64,000 nt of DNA from Tubulanus polymorphus (lineage: Eukaryota > Animalia > Nemertea), in contig NC_134036.1 in NCBI RefSeq assembly GCF_964204645.1, forward strand, positions 7,644,846 to 7,708,845. The letters run 5' to 3'. Positions 40,601-53,000 of the stretch are shown here, in pieces. A program made the translations under genes and the position numbers. How positions within the stretch are numbered: position 1 is the stretch's first letter; each line of letters starts with the position of its first letter. The notes under the pieces are model-generated. The model was not told the DNA's origin and did no database searches. It was given only the letters and a program-made list of their open reading frames with translations.

Positions 40601-42654
40601 AGCTTTGGTCTAGGTCGGACGGGGGTATAGGTCGGACGCGTACATTCGACGGTGCACAGCGAACGACCTTTTAGGAACACTCCTAGGGCACGAGTCATTG
40701 CATTGCACCCTCACTGCTCGGCGCGCCCATCATCGGTGCGAACTTACTCTCCCGAACGCGGACAAAAAACCTCACTACAGAAACGCGCGGCCCCACACGC
40801 ACGAAAATCGAGGATAGTGGAAGGTAATCGAACATCCCGGACGCCACCGCGGCGGCGGCGGCGACCAGCTCAGAGACGCGACCATGTAGAGTTTACGAAC
40901 GACGCTCGACAACGAACGACGCCAGCACTCGTCAACAGAAAAAGCTTTGAGCGTCCGACCCCGCCGGAGCGGAGACGAACGCGCGAGCGACCACCGTATC
41001 CGACCTATCGAGTCCGTCCGCGTCTCTCGACGAGACAACGGACGCGCGCACCACCGCCGTTTTGAAGGAGGCTCCCGGAGGTAGCTTCCCGACCTGGCGA
41101 GGCGTCTTGCAGTTAGCGTATCCTACGGGGAAGGCCGCCGCGGACCGGTCATTGACCGGCCACGATCGACTGACGCAGTCGGAACGCGTACGCGAAACCG
41201 AACCGCCTGGGCACCTTCTCCACGTATATAGCAAAATCCACTATAACCGTTCTCGTTCGAGACCTTGATACTCGGTGCTCTACACTTCCCTTTAAGTCTG
41301 GACTCCCTAATTTTTTTCAAAAATCTACACTTCTCGATGACCGACCACGCGCACCGGCCCGCCACCCCAGCACGCAGATGCGGTCCGCCTAAGCGGAGGC
41401 CAGTAACGTTAACGCGGCGACCAACTCCGTTAACGCGGGGACCGTAACCCAGCACGCAGACACTATTACCTGTTATGCGGGTCCGAGCACGCAGAGCACC
41501 GCTAGATCAATTTGCGACAAAGCCGCGATTGTTACGACTTAATCTTAGACGCCGTTCGACAGACCAGCGAAAGAGACCTTCCACCGACGGGAACTGCCAG
41601 GCAACGCCAGCGTACACTTCGGCGAAGCCAGACGCCCCGACGGCGGATTACGCATACCGACGAAGGCCCGAGTTGGACTCGGCCCGTCAGCACGCACCCC
41701 GCTCGATCCTTCTTCGGTCAATTTGCGACGAGAGCCGCGATTGTTACGACTTAATTCTAGACGCCGTACCGTACGAGCGCGAACGCAAGTCCACAATATG
41801 GTCATAGCCGATACTCGATAACTCAACCTAACGCGAAATCTTGGCGTTCGGAATTCGATCCATAGCGTTCGGGCCGACCCACAGGACAGCTTTGGTCTAG
41901 GTCGGACGGGGGTATAGGTCGGACGCGTACATTCGACGGTGCACAGCGAACGACCTTTTAGGAACACTCCTAGGGCACGAGTCATTGCATTGCACCCTCA
42001 CTGCTCGGCGCGCCCATCATCGGTGCGAACTTACTCTCCCGAACGCGGACAAAAAACCTCACTACAGAAACGCGCGGCCCCACACGCACGAAAATCGAGG
42101 ATAGTGGAAGGTAATCGAACATCCCGGACGCCACCGCGGCGGCGGCGGCGACCAGCTCAGAGACGCGACCATGTAGAGTTTACGAACGACGCTCGACAAC
42201 GAACGACGCCAGCACTCGTCAACAGAAAAAGCTTTGAGCGTCCGACCCCGCCGGAGCGGAGACGAACGCGCGAGCGACCACCGTATCCGACCTATCGAGT
42301 CCGTCCGCGTCTCTCGACGAGACAACGGACGCGCGCACCACCGCCGTTTTGAAGGAGGCTCCCGGAGGTAGCTTCGCGACCTGGCGAGGCGTCTTGCAGT
42401 TAGCGTATCCTACGGGGAAGGCCGCCGCGGACCGGTCGTTGACCGGCCACGATCGACTGACGCAGTCGGAACGCGTACGCGAAACCGAACCGCCTGGGTG
42501 CCTTCTCCACGTATATAGCAAAATCCACTATAACCGTTCTCGTTCGAGACCCAGATACTCGGTGCTCTACACTTCCATTTAAAGTCTGGACTCCCTCGTT
42601 TTTTCGAAAATTTACTCTACTCGACGACCGACCACGCGCACCGGCCCGCCACCC
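37504..42654. repeat. Four tandem 1287-bp GC-rich units, near-identical, probably non-coding
   Basis: ORF offsets of exactly 1287 (38078, 39365, 40652, 41939). Units lie at about 37504-38791, 38792-40078, 40079-41365 and 41366-42654. Each has an internal ~50-bp direct repeat (tcaatttgcgac..agacgccgt) about 211 bp apart. Confidence 0.97.
38650..38791 (-). promoter_or_regulatory. Putative reiterated promoter-like module (TTTGCTATATAC on minus strand); other copies near 39938, 41225, 42512, 43360 and core-only at 43795
   Basis: The motif gtatatagcaaa is seen six times (catata in unit 2) in three different sequence contexts. It resembles the TATATA-purine RNA polymerase I initiation motif of arthropod and plant rDNA. 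Function is inferred only. Confidence 0.3.
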
Positions 42655-42738
42655 TTCGCCCGCCCGGCAACTCTGGACAGTCTACCTCGAGGGCGAGGCG
42701 CCTCTCTACCGATTGCGAACGTCACCACCGTGAGCACG

Positions 42739-43462
42739 CCACCGACGGGAACTGCCAGGCAATGCCAGCGCACACTCCAGCGAAGCCCGAAGCTCCGACG
42801 GCGCATCCCGACGACGGCCCGAGTTGGACTCGGCCCGTCAGCACGCTCGACCCTTCTTCGGTCAATTTGCGACGAGAGCCGCGATTGTTACTACTCATTT
42901 CTAGACGCCGTACCGTACGGTGCGAACGCAAGTCCACAATATGGACATTGCCGATACTCGATAACTCACCTAACGCGCAAACTTGGCGTTCGGAATTCGA
43001 ACCATAGCGTTCGGGCCGACCCACAGGACAGCTTTGGTCTATGTCGGACGAGGGCAGGGTCGGACGCGTACATTCGACGGTGCACAGCGAACGACATTTT
43101 AGGAACACCCTAGGGCACGAGTCACGGCATTGAACCCTCACTGCTCGGCGCACCCATCATCGGTGTGAACTTACTCTCCCGAACGCGGACAAAAATCCTC
43201 ACTACAGAAACGCGCGGCCCCACACGCACGAAAATCGAGGATAGTGGAAGGTCATCGAACATCCCGGACGCCACCACGGCAGCGACGGCGGCCAGCTCAG
43301 AGACGCGACCATGTAGAATTTACGAACGACGCTCGTCAACGAACGACATACCACGAATGTATATAGCAAAATCCGCTATGACCGTTCTCGTCTGATACTT
43401 CGTGCTCTACTCGTCCGTTTAGAGTCTGGACTCTTATCGATACTCAACTCTACTCGACGACC
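42739..43462. repeat. Diverged, shorter fifth copy of the 1287-bp unit
   Basis: Aligns by eye with the unit from ccaccgacgggaactgcc to aacgaacgac with many substitutions. It lacks ~300 bp and then resumes at gtatatagcaaaatcc..actctactcgacgacc. Confidence 0.9.
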
Positions 43463-43844
43463 ACTCAACTGGACGACCACGGGCCTCTCTCCGTGTCTCT
43501 CTTGAGGCGACCGCACCACAACCGTCGACCGACCGGCCGACCGACCGCCCCTATCCCCCGCGCAGCCACGGTTACCGGCCTGCCACAGGACCGCGTGGCG
43601 TTCGACCGTCAGGCCACTCGGCACTCGGTCATTTTTCGCCACCTGACTCTCTTGGCCGCCACCGTCGACCGGCCGAGCGAGCGCGCAACCGCCCTGGACC
43701 GACCGAACGGGACGAACCGGGCAGTGCATGGCTCGCGCGCCGCGTCGAGCCATCCGAGCGCGGCCGATTGTTACGTGCGGACACCGTCCCCCTGTATATA
43801 GCAAACACGTAAGCGATCAATCTCGTCCAAGCCTCGCTCGACTT

Positions 43845-43924
<80 letters not shown>
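43845..43924. repeat. (CT)n/(AG)n microsatellite, ~80 bp
   Basis: Direct reading of the sequence. Confidence 0.98.
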
Positions 43925-43925
<1 letters not shown>

Positions 43926-44055
43926 AAAAAAAAACGACTAAGTGCTGACCGGGCCTTGATCAGCGTTACGACCCAGTGCAGTGATGGAGGGAGGGAGGCA
44001 GTAGGTCGGTCCATCCGTTCGTCAGTGTGCCGGCGGTGGTTGTTCGAAAAACGAC
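43923..44055 (-). repeat. Single inverted SatA monomer forming a fold-back palindrome with the start of the right array
   Basis: tcgaaaaaaaaacgactaagtgctgaccgggccttgatcagcgttacgaccc..gttcgaaaaacgac is the reverse complement of SatA. The centre is cgaaaaacgac-aa-gtcgtttttcg at 44056-44057. Confidence 0.97.
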
Positions 44056-47000
44056 AAGTCGTTTTTCGAACAACAACCGCCGACACACTGACTAACGGAT
44101 GGACGACCGACCTACTGCCTCCCTCCCTCCCTCCCTCAAAGCGCCGGGTCGTAACGCTGATCAAGGCCCGGTCAGCACTTAGTCGTTTTTCGAACAACCA
44201 CCGCCGGCACACTGACGAACGGATGGACGACCGACCTACTGCCTCCCTCCCTCCCTCCCTCACAGCACCGGGTCGTAACGCTGATCAAGGCCCGGTCAGC
44301 ACTTAGTCGTTTTTCGAACAACCAACTCTGCCGGCACACTGACGAACGGACGGACGACCGACCTACTGTCCCCTCCCTCCCACACCGCTCCGGGTCGTAA
44401 CGCTGATCAAGGCCCGGTCAGCACTTAGTCGTTTTTCGAACAACAACCACCGACACACTGACTAACGGGCGGACGACTGTCCTAGTGCCTCCCTCCCTCC
44501 CTCACTCCACCGGGTCGTAACGCTGATCAAGGCCCGGTCAGCACTTAGTCGTTTTTCGAACTACCACCGCCGGCACACTGACGAACGAACGGACGACCGA
44601 CCTACTGCCACCCTCCCTCCCTTCCTGACCGGTGCCGGGTCGTAACGCTGATCATGGCCCGGTCAGCACTTAGTCGTTTTTCGAACAACCACCGCCGGCA
44701 CACTGACGAACGGATGGACGACCGACCTACTGCTTCCCTCCCTCCCTCCCTCACTGCTCCGGGTCGTAACGCTTATCAAGGCCCGGTCAGCACTTAGTCG
44801 TTTTTCGAACAACCAGCACTGCCGGCACACTGACGAACGGACGGATGACCAACCTACTGCCTCCCTCCCTCACTGCACCGGGTCGTAACGCTGATCAAGG
44901 CCCGGTCAGCACTTAGTCGTTTTTCGAACAACCACCAGCGGCACACTGGCGAACGGACGGACGACCGACCTACTGCCTCCCTCCCTCCCTCACTGCTCCG
45001 GGTCGTAACGCTGATCAAGGCCCGGTCAGCACTTAGTCGTTTTTCGAACAACCACCAGCTGCACACTGGCGAACGGACGGACGACCGACCTACTGCCTCC
45101 CTCCCTCCCTCACTGCACCGGGTCGTAACGCTGATCAAGGCCCGGTCAGCACTTAGTCGTTTTTCGAACTACCACCGCCGGCACACTGACGAACGGATGG
45201 ACGACCGACCTACTGCCTCCCTCCCTCCCTCCCTCACTGCACCGGGTCGTAACGCTGATCAAGGCCCGCTCAGCACTTAGTCGTTTTTCGAACAACCACC
45301 AGCGGCACACTGGCGAACGGACGGACGACCGACCTACTGCCTCCCTCCCTCCCTCCCTCACTGCACCGGGTCGTAACGCTGATCAAGGCCCGGTCAGCAC
45401 TTAGTCGTTTTTCGAACAACAACCGCCGGCACACTGACGAACGGACGGACGACCGACCTACTGCCTCCCTCCCTCCCTCACTGCACCGGGTCGTAACGCT
45501 GATCAAGGCCCGGTCAGAACTTAGTCGTTTTTCGAACTACCACCGCCGGCACACTGACGAACGAACGGACGACCGACCTACTGCCACCCTCCTTCCCTTC
45601 CTGACCGGTGCCGGGTCGTAACGCTGTTCATGGCCCGGTCAGCACTTAGTCGTTTTTCGAACAACAACCGCCGACACACTGACTAACGGGCGGACGACTG
45701 TCCTAGTGCCTCCCTCCCTCCCTCACTGCACCGGGTCGTAACGCTGTTCATGGCCCGGTCAGCACTTAGTCGTTTTTCGAACAGCAACCGCCGACACACT
45801 GACTAACGGGCGGACGACGGACCTACTGCCTCCCTCCCTCCCTCCCTCACTGCACCGGGTCGTAACGCTGATCAAGGCCCGGTCAGCACTTAGTCGTTTT
45901 TCGAACTACCACCGCCGGCACACTGACGAACGAACGGACGACCGACCTACTGCCACCCTCCCTCCCGCCCTGACCGGTGCCGGGTCGTAACGCTGTTCAT
46001 GGCCCGGTCAGCACTTAGTCGTTTTTCGAACAACCACCGACGGCACACTGACGAACGGATGGACGACCGACTTACTGCCTCCCTCCCTCCCTCCCTGACC
46101 AGCGCCGGGTCGTAACGCTGATTAAGGCCCGGACAGCCCTTAGTCATTTTTCGAACAACCATCACTGCCGGCACACTGACAAACGGACGGACGACCGACC
46201 TACTGCCTCCCTCCCTCCCTCAATGCTCCGGGTCGTAACGCTGATCAAGGCCCGGTCAGCACTTAGTTGTTTTTCGAACAACCACCAGCGGCACACTGGC
46301 GAACGGACGGACGACCGACCTACTGCCTCCCTCCCTCCCTCACTGCTCCGGGTCGTAACGCTGATCAAGTCCCGGTCAGCACTTAGTCGTTTTTCGAACA
46401 ACCACCGCCGGCACACTGACGAACGGACGGACGACCGACCTACTGCCTCCCTCCCTCCCTCCCTGACCGGTGCCGGGGCGTAACGCTGATCAAGGCCCGG
46501 TCAGCACTTAGTCGTTTTTCGAACAACCACCACCGGCACACTGACGAACGGATGGACGACCGACCTACTGCCTCCCTCCCTCCCTCCCTCACAGCACCGG
46601 GTCGTAACGCTGATCAAGGCCCGGTCAGCACTTAGTCGTTTTTCGAACAACCACCGCCGGCACACTGACGAACGGATGGACGACCGACCTACTGCCTCCC
46701 TCCCTCCCTCTCTCACTGCGCCGGGTCGTAACGCTGATCAAGGCCCGGTCAGCCCTTAGTCGTTTTTCGAACAACCACCGCCGGCGCACTGACGACCGGA
46801 CGGACGACCGACGTACTGCCTCCCTCCCTCCCTCACTGCACCGGGTCGTAACGCTGATCAAGGCCCGGTCAGCACTTAGTCGTTTTTCGAACAACCACCG
46901 CCGGCACACTGACGAACGGACGGACGATCGACCTACTGCCTCCCTCCCTCCCTCCCTGACCGGTGCCGGGTCGTAACGCTGATCAAGGCCCGGTCAGCAC

Positions 47001-50000
47001 TTAGTCGTTTTTCGAACAACCACCGCCGGCACACTGACGAACGGATGGACGACCGACCTACTGCCTCCCTCCCTCCCTCCCTGACCGGTGCCGGGTCGTA
47101 ACGCTGATCAAGGCCCGGTCAGCACTTAGTTGTTTTTCGAACAACCACCGCCGGCACACTGACAAACGGACGGACGACCGACCTACTGCCTCCCTCCCTC
47201 CCTCAATGCTCCGGGTTGTAACGCTGATCAAGGCCCGGTCAGAACTTAGTCGTTTTTCGAACAACCACCAGCGGCACACTGACGAACGGACGGACGACCG
47301 ACCTACTGCCTCCCTCCCTCCCTCCCTGACCGGTGCCGGGTCGTAACGCTGATCAAGGCCCGGTCAGCACTTAGTCGTTTTTCGAACAACAACCGCCGAC
47401 ACACTGACTAACGGGCGGACGACTGTCCTAGTGCCTCCCTCCCTCCCTCAATGCACCGGGTCGTAACGCTGATCAAGGCCCGCTCAGCACTTAGTCGTTT
47501 TTCGAACAACCACCGCCGGCACAATGACGAACGGACGGACGACCGACCTACTGCCTCCCTCCCTCCCTCCCTGACCGGTGCCGGGTCGTAACGCTGTTCA
47601 TGGCCCGGTCAGCACTTAGTCGTTTTTCGAACAACAACCGCCGACACACTGACTAACGGGCGGACGACTGTCCTAGTGCCTCCCTCCCTCCCTCACTGCA
47701 CCGGGTCGTAACGCTGATCATGGCCCGGTCAGCACTTAGTCGTTTTTCGAACAACCACCGCCGGCACACTGACGAACGGATGGACGACCGACCTACTGCC
47801 TCCCTCCCTCCCTCCCTCACTGCGCCGGGTCGTAACGCTGATCAAGGCCCGGTCAGCACTTAGTCGTTTTTCGAACAACCACCGCCGGCACACTGACGAA
47901 CGGATGGACGACCGACCTACTGCCTCCCTCCCTCCCTCCCTCCCTCACAGCACCGGGTCGTAACGCTGATCAAGGCCCGGTCAGCACTTAGTCGTTTTTC
48001 GAACAACCAACTCTGCCGGCACACTGACGAACGGACGGACGACCGACCTACTGTCCCCCTCCCTCCCACACCGCTCCGGGTCGTAACGCTGATCAAGGCC
48101 CGGTCAGCACTTAGTCGTTTTTCGAACTACCACCGCCGGCACACTGACCAACGAACGGACGACCGACCTACTGCCTCCCTCCCTCCCTCCCTGACCGGTG
48201 CCGGGTCGTAACGCTGATTAAGGCCCGGTCAGCACTTAGTCGTTTTTCGAACAACCACCGCCGGCACACTGACGAACGGACGGACGACCGACCTACTGCC
48301 ACCCTCCCTCCCTTCCTGACCGGTGCCGGGTCGTAACGCTGATTAAGGCCCGGTCAGCACTTAGTCGTTTTTCGAACAACCACCGCCGGCACACTGACGA
48401 ACGGACGGACGACCGACCTACTGCCACCCTCCCTCCCTTCCTGACCGGTGCCGGGTCGTAACGCTGTTCATGGCCCGGTCAGCACTTAGTCGTTTTTCGA
48501 ACAACAACCGCCGACACACTGACTAACGGGCGGATGACTGTCCTAGTGCCTCCCTCCCTCCCTCACTGCACCGGGTCGTAACGCTGATCAAGGCCCGGTC
48601 AGCACTTAGTCGTTTTTCGAACAACCAGCGCCGGCACACTGACGAACGGATGGACGACCGACCTACTGCCTCCCTCCCTCCCTCCCTCACAGCACCGGGT
48701 CGTAACGCTGATCAAGGCCCGGTCAGCACTTAGTCGTTTTTCGAACAACCAACTCTGCCGGCACACTGACGAACGGACGGACGACCGACCTACTGTCCCC
48801 CTCCCTCCCACACTGCTCCGGGTCGTAACGCTGATCAAGGCCCGGTCAGCACTTAGTCGTTTTTCGAACTACCACCGCCGGCACACTGACCAACGAACGG
48901 ACGACCGACCTACTGCCACCCTCCCTCCCTTCCTGACCGGTGCCGGGTCGTAACGCTGTGCATGGCCCGGTCAGCACTTAGTCGTTTTTCGAACAACCAC
49001 CGCCGGCACACTGACGACTGGACGGACGACCGACCTACTGCCTCCCTCCCTCCCTCACTGCACCGGGTCGTAACGCTGATCTAGGCCCAGTCAGCACTTA
49101 GTCGTTTTTCGAACTACCACCGCCGGCACACTGACGGACGGATGGACGACCGACCTACTGCCTCCCTCCCTCCCGCCCTTACCAGTGCCGGGTTGTAACG
49201 CTGATCAAGGCCCGGTCAGCCCTTAGTCATTTTTCGAACAACCATCACTGCCGGCACACTGACAAACGGACGGACGACCGACTTACTGCCTGCCTCCTCC
49301 CTCCCTCAATGCTCCGGGTCGTAACGCTGATCAAGGCCCGGTCAGCACTTAGTCGTTTTTCGAACTACCACCGCCGGCACAATGACGAACGGACGGACGA
49401 CCGACCTACTGCCTCCCTCCCTCCCGCCCTTACCAGTGCCGGGTTGTAACGCTGATCAAGGCCCGGTCAGCCCTTAGTCATTTTTCGAACAACCATCACT
49501 GCCGGCACACTGACAAACGGACGGACGACCGACCTACTGCCTCCCTCCCTCCCTCACTGCTCCGGGTCGTAACGCTGATCAAGGCCCGGTCAGCACTTAG
49601 TCGTTTTTCGAACAACCACCGCCGGTACACTGACGAACGGACGGACGACCGACCTACTGCCTCCCTCCCTCCCTCCCTGACCGGTGCCGGGTCGTAACGC
49701 TGATTAAGGCCCGGTCAGCACTTAGTCGTTTTTCGAACAACCACCGCCGGCACACTGACGAACGGACGGACGACCGACCTACTGCCACCCTCCCTCCCTT
49801 CCTGACCGGTGCCGGGTCGTAACGCTGATTAAGGCCCGGTCAGCACTTAGTCGTTTTTCGAACAACAACCGCCGACACACTGACTAACGGGCGGATGACT
49901 GTCCTAGTGCCTCCCTCCCTCCCTCACTGCACCGGGTCGTAACGCTGATCAAGGCCCGGTCAGCACTTAGTCGTTTTTCGAACAACCACCGCCGGCACAC

Positions 50001-53000
50001 TGACGAACGGATGGACGACCGACCTACTGCCTCCCTCCCTCCCTCCCTCACTGCGCCGGGTCGTGACGCTGATCAAGGCCCGGTCAGCACTTAGTCGTTT
50101 TTCGAACAACCACCACCGGCACACTGACGAACGGATGGACGACCGACCTACTGCCTCTCTCCCTCCCTCCCTCACAGCACCGGGTCGTAACGCTGATCAA
50201 GGCCCGGTCAGCACTTAGTCGTTTTTCGAACAACCAACTCTGCCGGCACACTGACGAACGGACGGACGACCGACCTACTGCCCCCCTCCCTCCCACACTG
50301 CTCTGGGTCGTAACGCTGATCAAGGCCCGGTCAGCACATAGTCGTTTTTCGAACTACCACCGCCGGCACACTGACCAACGAACGGACGACCGACCTACTG
50401 CCTCCCTCCCTCCCTCCCTGACCGGTGCCGGGTCGTAACGCTGATCAAGGCCCGGTCAGCACTTAGTCGTTTTTCGAACTACCACCGCCGGCACACTGAC
50501 GAACGAACGGACGACCGACCTACTGCCACCCTCCCTCCCTTCCTGACCGGTGCCGGGTCGTAACGCTGTTCATGGCCCGGTCAGCACTTAGTCGTTTTTC
50601 GAACAGCAACCGCCGACACACTGACTAACGGGTGGACGACGGACCTACTGCCTCCCTCCCTCCCTCCCTCACTGCACCGGGTCGTAACGCTGATCAAGGC
50701 CCGGTCAGCACTTAGTCGTTTTTCGAACTACCACCGCCGGCACACTGACGAACGAACGGACGACCGACCTACTGCCACCCTCCCTCCCTTCCTGACCGGT
50801 GCCGGGTCGTAACGCTGATTAAGGCCCGGTCAGCACTTAGTCGTTTTTCGAACAACCAACTCTGCCGGCACACTGACGAACGGACGGACGACCGACCTAC
50901 TGCCCCCCTCCCTCCCACACTGCTCTGGGTCGTAACGCTGATCAAGGCCCGGTCAGCACATAGTCGTTTTTCGAACTACCACCGCCGGCACACTGACCAA
51001 CGAACGGACGACCGACCTACTGCCACCCTCCCTCCCTTCCTGACCGGTGCCGGGTCGTAACGCTGTTCACGGCCCGGTCAGCACTTAGTCGTTTTTCGAA
51101 CAACAACCGCCGACACACTGACTAACGGGCGGACGACTGTCCTAGTGCCTCCCTCCCTCCCACACTGCTCTGGGTCGTAACGCTGATCAAGGCCCGGTCA
51201 GCACTTAGTCGTTTTTCGAACTACCACCGCCGGCACACTGACCAACGAACGGACGACCGACCTACTGCCACCCTCCCTCCCTTCCTGACCGGTGCCGGGT
51301 CGTAACGCTGTTCACGGCCCGGTCAGCACTTAGTCGTTTTTCGAACAACAACCGCCGACACACTGACTAACGGGAGGACGACTGTCCTAGTGCCTCCCTC
51401 CCTCCCTCACTGCACCGGGTCGTAACGCTGATCAAGGCCCGGTCAGCACTTAGTGGTTTTTCGAACAACCACCAGCGGCACACTGGCGAACGGACGGACG
51501 ACCGACCTACTGCCTCCCTCCCTCCCTCACTGCTCCGGGTCGTAACGCTGATCAAGGCCCGGTCAGCACTTAGTCGTTTTTCGAACAACCACCAGCGGCA
51601 CACTGGCGAACGGACGGACGACCGACCTACTGCCTCCCTCCCTCCCTCACTGCACCGGGTCGTAACGCTGATCAAGGCCCGGTCAGCACTTAGTCGTTTT
51701 TCGAACTACCACCGCCGGCACACTGACGAACGAACGGACGACCGACCTACTGCCACCCTCCCTCCCTTCCTGACCGGTCCCGGGTCGTAACGCTGTTCAT
51801 GGCCCGGTCAGCACTTAGTCGTTTTTCGAACAACAACCGCCGACACACTGACTAACGGGCGGACGACGGACCTACTGTCTCCCTCCCTCCCTCCCTAACT
51901 GCACCGGGTCGTAAGGCTGATCAAGGCCCGGTCAGCACTTAGTCGTTTTTCGAACAACCACCGCCGGCACACTGACGACCGGACGGACGACCGACCTACT
52001 GCCTCCCTCCCTCCCTCCCTCCCTCACTGCACCGGGTCGTAACGCTGATCAAGGCCCGGTCAGCACTTAGTCGTTTTTCGAACTACCACCGCCGGCACAC
52101 TGACGAACGGATGGACGACCGACCTACTGCCTCCCTCCCTCCCTCAATGCTCCGGGTCGTAACGCTGATCAAGGCCCGGTCAGCACTTAGTCGTTTTTCG
52201 AACAACAACCGCCGACACACTGACTAACGGGCGGACGACTGTCCTACTGCCACCCTCCCTCCCTCACTGCACCGGGTCGTAACGCTGTTCACGGCCCGGT
52301 CAGCACTTAGTCGTTTTTCGAACAACAACCGCCGACACACTGACTAACGGGCGGACGACTGTCCTAGTGCCTCCCTCCCTCCCACACTGCTCTGGGTCGT
52401 AACGCTGATCAAGGCCCGGTCAGCACTTAGTCGTTTTTCGAACTACCACCGCCGGCACACTGACCAACGAACGGACGACCGACCTACTGCCACCCTCCCT
52501 CCCTTCCTGACCGGTGCCGGGTCGTAACGCTGTTCACGGCCCGGTCAGCACTTAGTCGTTTTTCGAACAACAACCGCCGACACACTGACTAACGGGCGGA
52601 CGACTGTCCTAGTGCCTCCCTCCCTCCCTCACTGCACCGGGTCGTAACGCTGATCAAGGCCCGGTCAGCACTTAGTCGTTTTTCGAACAACCACCAGCGG
52701 CACACTGGCGAACGGACGGACGACCGACCTACTGCCTCCCTCCCTCCCTCACTGCTCCGGGTCGTATCGCTGATCAAGGCCCGGTCAGCCCTTAGTCGTT
52801 TTTCGAACAACCATCACTGCCGGCACACTGACAAACGGACGGACGACCGACCTACTGCCTCCCTCCCTCCCTCAATGCTCCGGGTCGTAACGCTGATCAA
52901 GGCCCGGTCAGCACTTAGTCGTTTTTCGAACAACCACCGCCGGCACACTGGCGAACGGACAGACGACCGACCTACTGCCTCCCTCCCTCCCTCACTGCTC

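Noticed and set aside
42990-43003. tRNA T-loop/B-box-like GGTTCGAATTCC on the minus strand
   Set aside because: Imperfect B box with no T-stem, A box or cloverleaf, and it is altered in the four main units.
43335-43396. 5S rRNA-like words (aacgacataccacg..accgttctcgtctgat; also accgcctgggcacc in the units)
   Set aside because: Spacing and order do not fit a 5S gene, and there is no A box or continuation of the 120-nt sequence.
37650-43820. Arg/Pro-rich ORFs of 60-146 aa in the 1287-bp units
   Set aside because: They overlap on both strands, are typical of GC-rich non-coding DNA, have no motifs, and are not preserved in frame in the diverged fifth copy.
43845-43924. (CT)n as the right terminus of the Polinton (these elements end in AG..CT with short terminal repeats)
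   Set aside because: There is no matching left TIR or 6-bp TSD. It is separated from the AT-rich Polinton genes by an abrupt truncation and 7 kb of compositionally unrelated GC-rich repeats.
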